Source: Schizochytrium sp. TIO01 (Eukaryota; Protista; Bigyra: Labyrinthulomycetes). From it: a DNA stretch of 64,000 nt. Made by a program: the position numbers and the translations under genes. Shown here in pieces: positions 13,917 to 24,800 of the stretch (positions within the stretch are counted from its first letter, which is position 1; each line of letters begins with the position of its first letter). Below the pieces are notes generated by a model that ran no database searches, was not told the DNA's origin, and was given only the letters and a program-made list of their open reading frames with translations. The stretch spans positions 1,898,436-1,962,435 of the forward strand of contig SMSO01000031.1 in the NCBI GenBank assembly GCA_004764695.1. Direction: 5' to 3'.

Positions 13917-16900
13917 GGAGCGAAGATGATCATGATGTTTATGCCGCAAACAGGTGATCCAATTCAACTATGAAATGCACTTCTCTACCACTGACTACCA
14001 ACCCACGACCAAAGAAACACTCCTCATGTATGAATCAGCCCATGAACGTCTGCCGAATTACAACAAAACAATTAATACCACAACCCTCTGAAATTCTCTC
14101 CCCATTCAAGCCTAATATTATTGGCTGGATGTGGGAGTGGGCAAGTGAAGCCCTGTTAAAGAAAAAGAGAACAAAAAAATCCTCGGGGTTCATCTTTTGA
14201 AGAAGACAAAAAGCTACTGTCTTGCACAGACAACAATGAGAACAACAAAAGTAAACAGGAGCCTGATTGGTCAAAGGGACGTGATAGGTTGAAGTCAATT
14301 TTGGACAGGCATTTTGGACATTCATTTTTGCCAGGTTCTTTTATACCAGTCACCACTTTCGATCATTAGCGAGGAGATGGGAACGGCTAAAGGCGTAGAA
14401 CAAATGCGGTTCAATGTAAGAGGCATGGTTTTTCAGCGAGCCTTTTCTGTAATTGCTCTACCCTTCCTTTCTTATTCCATCTTCTTTTCTCTTCCTACGC
14501 CAATGACTTTCTCGCATATGATCCTCACAACTCCGTCACGACAATATACCCAATCTTCGACCGCAGCACGGCCCCATTGTCTCCGTTGTGTTCTTTCCAC
14601 CCCTTCCATCTCAATGAGAACTTTGACATATACCTGTGAGATATATGTGTCCAATTCAAACAAAACTTAATGCGGCAGCAGCAGCAGCAGCATCACAAGG
14701 TGATTCACCTCACTGATGTATTTGCTGGTTTGCTCGTGCACTCATTTCCTAGCTTGCTAGCTAGCTGGCGGCTGGCTGGCTGGGTTATTCTCTATTTTAA
14801 TCCTCTTTTCCTCCCCATTGCTCGCCCTTATGCGTGCATTTATGTTTAGACACCGGTAGTTCCCACAAGTGGCTTATAGCCCTCACCTTTCTGCCTTCCA
14901 CTAAGTTTTATCAATTCCAGATCCTGCAGATGCAACAAGATAAGGCAGGTTATTTGTGGTTTCAATGCCAACTTCCGGGTGTACTGAGAAATATGCAGTC
15001 GAGGAAGCGTAAGCGGCGAGCAAGCATTAGCTCATCAATACTCTCCCAGATAGGAGATGGCAATGCAATACATGCCCCTTCCCCCCCACCACCCCACCCC
15101 ACCCCACGAATAATCCCAATATGCAAGCAGCATACAGTACAGCAGCGATTCCTTTCAATATCCCCAATTTTGTCAACAAAATACTCTATCTAAAGTCGCC
15201 CAATACAGCAGCTAACAAGCAAGCGAGACAGCAATTTGTCTGCGAGATTTTAACAAGGTACATGCTCTCAGTAGTCGTTTATAATGAGCAAAATTTTAAG
15301 CAAAGCAAGTGGCCGAGCGACCGGGCACTTTAGCAAGCCAACAAGCAAGCACAGCAAATCTTTTATGTGCGAAACAAAATCAAAAAACATATGTATGAGC
15401 AAGGGCTTTCCTAGCTATGCTATTCTAACCAGGACTCGGCTTTCGCCGAAATCAGCGCAAAAGCTCTGACGAATCCATCCACTTTTTTCATCACTTGGGG
15501 TGGGCGCTACCCTCGTCTGGATAACCAGCTAGACATTGTAGTAGTCCCATTCTTTCGTTTCTTTTTACCCAACCAACCAACTAACCAACCATCCAATCAA
15601 TCAATCAATGCATACAGCTACTAATCAGTAGTTTTCCCTGCTAATCAGCACCAAATCAGTAAGCAAGTTCATTCTTTTCACTTCAGTTTCTGCGTATTCT
15701 CAACTCTGTTTCTTCAAGCAGCCTGTAATCTACATAGTTTCACCTGGCAACCATCTTTCTTTGATAAAAATCATAGCACGCAGTTGTTTAGGTAGATAGT
15801 TTGTATCTTCACTTGATGAATCTCAGGGTGGTGGTAGCAGTTCCATGGTATCATACTTTGGCAGGTGGCTTTAAACAACCCCATCCTCTCCAACCTGGCG
15901 AGGAAGCTGCACAGCTTAGTTTACTTATTAATCAGACAGGATGAAGGTAATGGTCATTTATTCGCGTACTTAGTTAAAGATCTTCTATTTTAGTTGCGTG
16001 ATTTTCGAGTCGCATCGTGATTTTTCGCCTTTCACGTCGCTTCTGTGAACGCCCCCGAGCTCTCTGCGTCATCAACATTTCTCAACTCAGATTATTGATA
16101 GGCTATCTCGCTTGACCCTTCCAATAATACCCATCCAAATCCACCGTCATTCCATAGTCCTCCAACCCAGCTCTCAAAATTTCCAAAGCACTTTCGGCTG
16201 ACCTTCAGGAAGAGCCTCACGCTCTGCCTTCAACCAGCTCGGCCTCGCGACGCTATCATCGTAAGAAGGTTTCCATGATGTTGAACAAAGATAGCTGCGC
16301 TGCGCTTCGCTGCGCTTTGATTATGCTGCGATTCTGCCTCTCTAAGTCAGTTCTGGCCAGTGCGTTCACAAATTATAAGCAAGCAGGGTCTCTGGCCTTC
16401 GACCTCCTTGTCTCTGCTCTGCCTCACTGGAACTCACGGGAAGCGCTGACCAAGCACTGCGTTCATGCTGCCCACACCGAGTCCTAATAGGAAGAAGGCC
16501 CGTACGCCGCCGAAGCTGCCGAATCTCGCAGTCTCTCGCAGCATCAGCAGCTGTTAACTGGAGCGAAGAGGGCTCAGGAACGTCAACGGGATGCAGGCAC
16601 GAAGCAAGATCTGCTACCTGGTGTTGAGATTCTCGTTCAGCTTCTACAGCAGCGTCGCACCCAAAACTAAAGCAAACGAGCCTACTTAGACCTGGACGCG
16701 CTTCAGCTTCCACCGCAGCTCTGACGGGGCATCATCTCTGCTGTAATACATAATCTTGATTGAGTGTCACTCGATCGTTCAACACTCGAAGAACCCTAAG
16801 AAGCCAAGAAAAAGCACAAGACGAGAGTGAGGTCATGGCTGACTTTCATAAAAGCCTTCTTCACAAACGCACAACTGCAAACGCAGTCCTTACGCTAACG

Positions 16901-18153
16901 TGGGACAGCGTTCTTCGCAGTTCCCCACGGTCCTTCAGCAAGAACAGTCCGCACCAATGCGGCGTCGTCTTTAGGTGCAGAGATCCTCTTTTGGACCAGG
17001 ATCTGCCCTGCGCGAATCAATCGTTTCGTGTACTAACTGAGCTTTCTCTGTCCAAGCACACTTAAGTTGTGTGCTTTTCTACCTTTTCTCATGGGTATCC
17101 TATAAGACCACCTACCTACATTTAATTTAATTGATTGATCTAATTCAACGATCGATAAGGATTGTTCCTTTAGTTGTTTGTTGGTTTTGCTAATATCTTT
17201 GTTGATATCTTTGTTGATTTGTTTGTTGATTTATTTGTTTGTTATTTGTTTATACATTTGTTTGTTGGTTTTGTTGATTTGTTTGTTGATTTGTTGATTT
17301 GTTGCTTCAACATAATTGATCACCAAGATCCGTCGAAATAGCCGAACCTCCTTTCTCCGCCCCGCTCTTGGCTTTCTTGAACCCTGATCACTCTACGCAC
17401 GTCCACGAAAAGAATCCCCAGCGGATAGATAGATAGATTGCTTGCTTGATTGATTGATTGATAGATAAATAGCTCCTGCACCAGAGAATCGAATATTAAT
17501 CCTTCGCAGCTTTTAGTCAGTCTTTGGGACTTTACAAATTAAAAAGATTCGGAAACTTACTCAACTCTGGCGTTCCACTTTGGCTCCGCCAGAAAAGAGA
17601 ACACCGACCCCCACCGTATTGAGTGGTAGGTGACTGGTAGCTAGCGAGTACTTCTGTGAAAAGAACACAGCGCGAGAGGCAAATCGGGACCGGCGGCACT
17701 GCAGATGCGATATCCGCGATGCACAGGAGTGACACAGGTCTCTCTGGGACAGATTAAGCTCTACGTCGTGGACGCCTCAAGAAATCCACGACCTCTTGAA
17801 GCGTTGTCGTTTACTCAGAGAAGATGGCGAGGAAACACTCGAGCCGTGGAAACTCGCTGGCGCTGGCAGAATGGAAATCGGATTCTACTATGGGTTATAC
17901 GAAGCTTCCACTGTATGGCGCCTGGCACAGTAGAGAATAGACGCGAGTACAGTAGACTATTCGCTTGAGGTACAGTGGGTTATAGCGCGATTATAGAGCT
18001 TATGTGGAAATGCCAATCGATTGTTTCTTTGATTGCTTTCTTTCTTTTTGAGGTGAGTGAGAGTGTCGAAAGCAATTCCAATTCCAATTCCGCATTGAGC
18101 TCGAGTGGGAGCCCGGTTCGCGGAGACCGGCCGGGAACGCTCTGGTCAGCACG

Positions 18154-20091
18154 ATGCGGGCCGCTGCCGCACGCATGGCTCGCGTGCGCCGCGAGGCGTT
18201 TCATGAACACGCGAGGGCACGCAGCTCTCGTTCGTCATGGGCACCACTCGCTGCCATGAGCGCCATGGCCTTCGCCATGGCACCTCTTATCGCCCTCGAC
18301 GCAAGGACGCCAGCACCGATGCTCGAAGCGAGTACCGAGGCGTCTCCGGAGAACGACGCAGCCTCCGCAGGGCGTCACAGCGTCCGCGTGGCGCAGTGGA
18401 AGCAGCAGAAGAAAACCGCGCCTGCGGGCGTGGACTCTTTGCGCGATCTAGCCAAACAGCGAACGGACAAGGACCTCAAGAAGAGGTATAAATTGGGGCA
18501 CGTGCTCGGAGAAGGGACCTTCGCGGTGGTAAGGCTTGGAATAGATAAAGTCACGCGTGACCGAGTTGCTGTAAAAGAGATCTGCAAAGAGGCAAGCGAG
18601 ACAGAGGCTCTGGAGAATGAGATCATGATCATGAGAAGCACTGGGAGGCATGACAACATTGTGTCTTTAAGGGACGTCTTTGATAGCAAAGATACATTGT
18701 TTTTGGTCATGGACTTGGCAGAAGGGGGAGAGCTCTTTGACAGAATTATTGAAAGAGGAGAACTTACAGAGCAAGCGGCAGCGACCATGTTCACTAGCGC
18801 CGTGAAAGGACTCGCGCACCTGCACAGACATAACATTGCGCACCTGGACATTAAACCGGAAAACCTGCTCCTGACGAGCAAAAATGAGGATGCGGGGATT
18901 AAGATTGCAGACTTTGGATTGGCCATCGACATGAGTGGCGTGAATGATCGCGAAGCACGTGTCAGTGATGTTATCTGCGCACAACAAGGTGTTTCGCGTG
19001 AAGAAGCAGCTCAGGGGCTCACCGAGTGCGTGGGGACACCCGCATATTGGGCGCCCGAAATGGTCAAGAATGAACCTTTTAACGAGAAAGTTGACATCTG
19101 GGCTCTTGGATGCGTCCTGTACATTATGCTCTGCGGAGCACACCCTTTCGACCCGCGAGGTGACGCTACCGAGGCGCAAATCTTGGCTTTGGTTGCCAAA
19201 GGCGAGTACGACAAGACTAGCCAGGCATACCGCGAGATATCACGTAACGCCAAGGACCTGATCATGCATATGCTTGACCCTAACCCAGCCACACGATACA
19301 ATACAGACCAACTTCTCGCCCACCCCTGGTTGCGTGAGGCGGGTAAACAGAGTTCCAAGCCACTTGCCAAAGATACTATCACCAAACTTCGGGGCTTTCG
19401 AATCATCCGATTACTTCGCCAGGGTATGGAACATCTCATTGGCAACGCTGCAAGTGACTTATTCAGTGCCTTTGACAATGACAAAGATGGTTTCCTCTCC
19501 AGGACAGAGCTCAAGCGCGCCCTTAATGTTATTGGAGTTAAGCTCAGCAAACGCGAACTCGATGCAATGTGCCGCATGCTCGATTCTGATAATGATGGCA
19601 AAATCTCGCGCGAGGAGTTTGAGATCGTGCTTCGTGCCCCGGCTGGAAGTCCGTACAGTTCGGTCCGTCAGACCACAAGCCTCGAAGACATCAGCTTTCT
19701 ATTTAGTGTTTTCGACCGCGATGGGGATGGCTACATTCAGATGGAGGATTTCCAGCACGTTCTTGGCCTTCTTGGCTCCACAATTTCTGCTTCGGGCCTT
19801 TACAACGAAATTGCGCAAGTCGACCTAAACAACGATGGCCGAGTGGATTTCACAGAGTTCGTTACCTACTGGCGGGCAATGGAGCGCGAGCGCATGCGAC
19901 AAGGTTACGAGAGCATCTCAGCCATCCATGTCAACCAACGCCGATCAACTCTGCAACACCGATCAAGCGTTACCAACAGCCCAGAGTCGGAAAGCTCAGA
20001 CCCAAATCCTGCAACTTTTGATGATGACGAAGATGAAGATGAAGACGACGAAATAGATGGCCTTATGGCAGCCTCACAGAGCTCTGGTTAG
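18154..20091 (+). CDS. CDPK: Calcium-dependent protein kinase (CaMK-type kinase + junction + 4 EF-hands)
   Basis: Kinase motifs LGEGTFAVV, VAVK, GGELFDRI, HLDIKPEN, DFG, GTPAYWAPE, DIWALG. Junction KLRGFRIIRLLRQ. EF loops DNDKDGFLSRTE, DSDNDGKISREE, DRDGDGYIQMED, DLNNDGRVDFTE. The start could be 18154, 18175 or a later Met. Confidence 0.95.
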   Translation: MRAAAARMARVRREAFHEHARARSSRSSWAPLAAMSAMAFAMAPLIALDARTPAPMLEASTEASPENDAASAGRHSVRVAQWKQQKKTAPAGVDSLRDLAKQRTDKDLKKRYKLGHVLGEGTFAVVRLGIDKVTRDRVAVKEICKEASETEALENEIMIMRSTGRHDNIVSLRDVFDSKDTLFLVMDLAEGGELFDRIIERGELTEQAAATMFTSAVKGLAHLHRHNIAHLDIKPENLLLTSKNEDAGIKIADFGLAIDMSGVNDREARVSDVICAQQGVSREEAAQGLTECVGTPAYWAPEMVKNEPFNEKVDIWALGCVLYIMLCGAHPFDPRGDATEAQILALVAKGEYDKTSQAYREISRNAKDLIMHMLDPNPATRYNTDQLLAHPWLREAGKQSSKPLAKDTITKLRGFRIIRLLRQGMEHLIGNAASDLFSAFDNDKDGFLSRTELKRALNVIGVKLSKRELDAMCRMLDSDNDGKISREEFEIVLRAPAGSPYSSVRQTTSLEDISFLFSVFDRDGDGYIQMEDFQHVLGLLGSTISASGLYNEIAQVDLNNDGRVDFTEFVTYWRAMERERMRQGYESISAIHVNQRRSTLQHRSSVTNSPESESSDPNPATFDDDEDEDEDDEIDGLMAASQSSG

Positions 20092-21817
20092 CCAGTAAGC
20101 GGTTTCATCAAGGCCTTACGAAAGAAGCTTTCCCGTTAATTATGTTCTAATACCGAGGTGACTTTGTCTTCTTCTTTTTTTTTCCGTTTGGGCATATTAC
20201 TTCTAGGTCTTTTCTTTTTCAACTTTCCACTTCTGACTTTTTTTAGGAACTCTTCTCTAAGTTTGCCTTCCTAAGGCAGAAGAGATAAAGGAGTTGGAAA
20301 ATATCTTGCAAAGTTACAAAGGAGAAATCAGCAGGTAGACAAATGCGATACTAAGTTTAAGGAAAAAAGCTTTGTTTAGAGACCTAGACGTTACCATAGC
20401 CATATAGCCATAGTAGTAGTGACAAGAGAGAGAGAAATAGTGTTTGCCCCGGGGGAAAATTATATATTTTTATATCAAAAAAGAAAGTAAGAAAAATCCA
20501 CCTCCTGTAATTCTGTGTGTTTCCTGAATAATGCCAAGGCTTCCTTATAGTGCAGTTCGCCAACCCACTTCTATACAAGAACGCTTCATCCTTGCACCCT
20601 CTTGGCGTCAGGGTTCGGGGTATATTGTTTAGCATCCACAACTAGGCGCAGGACACTTGTATGTCTTGCGCGTTCCACTTACAAGACAGCAAATATTATT
20701 TAAAAACCTTGTTATGAAATTCTGTGGGTATATATCCGTAATTATGACTTAGAATGTGAAGTTTGAAATTTAAGGATTTCAGGATGAACAAAAGCAAACG
20801 AGGTTGGTATCAATGAGTAATGTTTGTATATTTCAATTTAAACCTTCTTCATCTTAAACAATAAGAGCCCCCTTTATAGAGGCCTTTAAACTACGCATCA
20901 TTGGCAGTTATAGTCTTTACATGTGTATAAATGTAAGCAACAAAAGTTATTATTATTTTAGCACATTCACCCGCTTGATTAAATACATTTTTGTTAAGTA
21001 GCCTGCAGCAGCCTGTTATTATAAAAATTAGGTGAGCGTTTGCTACGCTACATAATCAAATATGTAACTAGTCTTTAAATCTGCTACAGAAAGTTATTAT
21101 TTCCATGAGTTCACATCTCCAACGTCTCTTCTATGTTACAAAATTGTATATCTAAATAAAATACCCGAATTACATATAATATTGCTAACGCCTTGTCAGT
21201 ATATTATCATCCTACTCTTTTTTGTTTAATTTATTGTTTAATTTAATACTAGTAAGCAATTATATTTAGAGGAAAACGAGAATCAGTCTTGCCTTTTTTC
21301 TTCTTTTTTTAAGCAATTCAAAATTTTGTAAGCGAGGTTCTTTATTGCTTCTCCTGACACTCTTCCAGCTGCTAAATTTTAGACATCCTATGTTGAAAAC
21401 ACTGCAATATTGTTATGAGTTTTGTGAAGCTTTGTGTTTTTAATTGTTGGCTATGAGAAAGTCATATTCAAGAACCCCCCATTTGACACCAACAAAGCGT
21501 TCACTCTTCTCTAGATATATCATTCGTCTGGCATGGTTTGGCAAGTGTTAGCTCCTTGCCTCTCAAATTGAAATCATAATTCTTCAATATAGAAGGGTCA
21601 CCAAATATACATGATGAGAAGACTTTTGTTGTTGATTTAGCCTCTGACAACCTCCAAACAGACGACCATGTTTGACTACGTATGAGCTATACTGCAATAA
21701 TGTGCTTCTTCCCTACTTTACCTGCCTAGTTAAAATGGGTCAATTAGTTCCACAGCCCCAGCTGAAAGTTTTCTTTATAGAAATCTCTTAATTCCGGCTT
21801 TTGACTATCAGACATCC

Positions 21818-24800
21818 TTATGTCTTGATATTATGAATAAGATTGTCGAAACGACGATAGGTGTCACCAAGTGCACTCTGTATCTCACGCTTGAAAGACT
21901 CCGAAGCCTCCTCTTCTGTCATCTCCATGGAAAGTTTTTGACAAAGATACAATATCGAGTCATCGGAAGTGAGCTCAGGCATTCCTGCAGGAATCATAAG
22001 TCGAAACAGATTCACTAAAGTGTGTCCGTGACGGCGCAGGATATTGTAAGCGCGGCAACACAACTTGACAAACTCCATAAAAGTCTTATCGTTCTTGCCT
22101 CCCATCACAGCAGCCATCTCTTTTGTAAAAACAAATGCAGTACGCTCACGTTTCACACCATACTTCGACTTAAAATGCCCTAAAAAGTGACCAAAATCAA
22201 TGTGAAATAGCCGACCGTCTCGATTGAGCATAATATTGTCTGAATGCCGGTCACCAATTCCTAGGACATAGGTTGCTACAACGTAGCCAGCACAGCTACG
22301 CACAAAACGGTCCCGCACCTCTTTGAAATTAGTGCCCCCACGATTATTATCTTGTAGCCATTCATACAAGGTACGTGATGATAGAGCACCAAGCTTACCA
22401 TGCCTTTTCTGAATGTTTGCTGTAGTTTCAGAATTAGTTACTACTTCAATCATTCCGAGCTCATCACCGGTTGAAACACATCGATACGGGGACATACACA
22501 TGTCTAATCCATCTTCCAACCACATCCGGTCCATGAGACGAATCATTTGCAGAGTCATTTGATCTTGCCGCAAGTCATCACCAGCCTTGAACATGAGCAA
22601 CATTGGCTCTCCTCCTCCCTCTGCAGGGTCAACGCTTGAGAATTTGAGCCAGAGAGGCCGTTTTTTTGAGTTCATTACTTTGCATTCGCGGACCTGTAGC
22701 TTTCGGACCACAATCCGCGGATCGAGACAAAGCTGGAAGCTCCCTGGAAGCTGCTCAGATACGTGTGACAGCTCGTTCTGAGCAAAGGCATGCCGTTCTG
22801 CCCGGGATGAGCTTTTGTGACGTTGCACAGCATCAGCCACCTCTTTGAGAAGGTTTTGAACGTCAACCTCCTGACTAAGATCTTGACGATGCGCTGGACT
22901 TGCGAACTCAAGATAAACTCGCAGAATCAGGCCAAAGCGAGGCCTCACGCGAGGTTTATGCATTTCCGAGCGCAAACTCCAGAAAAGTTTGGTGCCAATT
23001 TCGCGCGGGCTTTGCCAAGATCTTCGAAGCAAGAAACGGACAAGAAATGACTCATGATAGGGTTCGTACTTGATAGCTTGCGTAAGCTGGATAAGAAGCT
23101 CTCCAAGATCTTCGTTCGTCAGTGGTTCTAGACAGCGAACTGCATATTCACGCACACGCACGTCGCCATGAGAACAATCTAATAGCTCGAGGGCTTCCAT
23201 TGGCGTTGGTGGTTTCCACTGCCCTGCAATCTCTAAGGCCAAGTCGCGTTCCTTGCGATCACACCAATTTACAGCATACATAACTCGTGCTAGAGCGTAG
23301 GACAATCCAATCAGCTTTTCACGATCTTGCCAAAGAGACTTAAGTGATTCGCGCGGTAGTTGGTAAAATCTAACGGGGTCCATTAGCAAAACTCTTCTCG
23401 TTTCGGGACTCACACTTGATGGGATACCCATGTCCTCCGCTCTTGACTTGGGATGTTTGCCAAACTTGCTGAACTTGCTATCTCCTCCGACCATCGCAGC
23501 AGCAGCGCCAGAGAGCTTGAAGCGTGTTAAGAGGCCGCCCTTTTTTGTTTTCTTTCCTGGTGTAGAGTTTGCATCGTCTTTAGCTGCCCAATCTGCCGTG
23601 CTTGCTGCGTCAATCGTACCACTTCTCTTTGCTGCATCGCTGTCTTCACTTCGCTCAATCACACTCCTGCTACCTGTCAAATCTGGTCCGATCATTTTTA
23701 AGCGGATTGGAGGCGGGAGTCTGAAAAACATTGGTTTAAGGAAGTCCTCAAGTTCAATCACGAGACGGGCTTGGTCCGGAAACTTGGAGACAAGGTTCGT
23801 ACAAGCCAATCGCTTTTCGCCCTTGTGTCCAGCCCATAGGAGAACCGCCTGTCGGCCGGCATTGAAAATGTGGCGTTGATTAAAGATTTGCAATGATGCG
23901 CCAGCAACTACGCCGGTGTTCAATTCAGGCACAAGAGCACCTGCGTTCATAGCAGCGTTGAGGTCTTGATTGGACCCTCCTCCTACGCTTGTTGCCCAGG
24001 CCAATGCCGACAGGTCAGCAATAGATGATGCCGTGGCGCTAAGCGAGGGTCCTGTGGGTGAGGTGGCCCCAGAAGCTGCATTTGACATTTGAGAGCCTCC
24101 AATAGATGTAGCTGAGCTAACGGGCACAGCCTTTGATAAAGCTGAGGCATCGTATAGAGTAAAACACAACCGCGCTGTGAGAGGTAAACGTTCAAATGTT
24201 GTTTCAAAGGAGATCCATTGATCAATTCGGATTGGTGCATTCTTATCTTTTCCACGAAGTTGCACAACGCGTGTCTCCAAGACTTGAGCGGCGTACACAA
24301 GTTGAACTCTAAGTAGAAGGAAACCAGTCAAATCGTACTGGGAGCCTGGGGGGAATAAGAGACCCTCAATGCCAATCAAGTGCACGCGCAAGGGCCAAGA
24401 GCCCTCACTTGGAATTTGTTCTGAACGATCAAGACGAACCCACGTTGGTTCCACAGAAATGGCCTCGCGAGTGATCTCTCGCATAATTCGCATCCACTCA
24501 TCAGGAGGTATGCTTGGTTTACCAGGCGTGGCCATGGACACAGAAATATCCTCGTGGTCAGATTCAGTTTCGGGAAGTGGAGGCGGGGGAGGCGGGCTTA
24601 GTTCTTGCGAGTCTTGGTGCTCTGCAATGGCGGGCCGGCCGACAAGAGCGGCGGTGCCAGGCCCCTCCACGGTCTGAGGCGGCCCTGGCAACATTTCATG
24701 AGACGACATTGAGGAAGCTGAACTCATGGATAAAGTTCTGGCGCTGCCTCGGGCTCCACCTACAGAGCGCAAAGGCATAGATTGACCAAATCTACGCTGG

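Noticed and set aside
18375-19828. Antisense and alternate-frame ORFs inside the CDPK (likewise inside the PI3K and other genes)
   Set aside because: Shadow ORFs of real coding sequence
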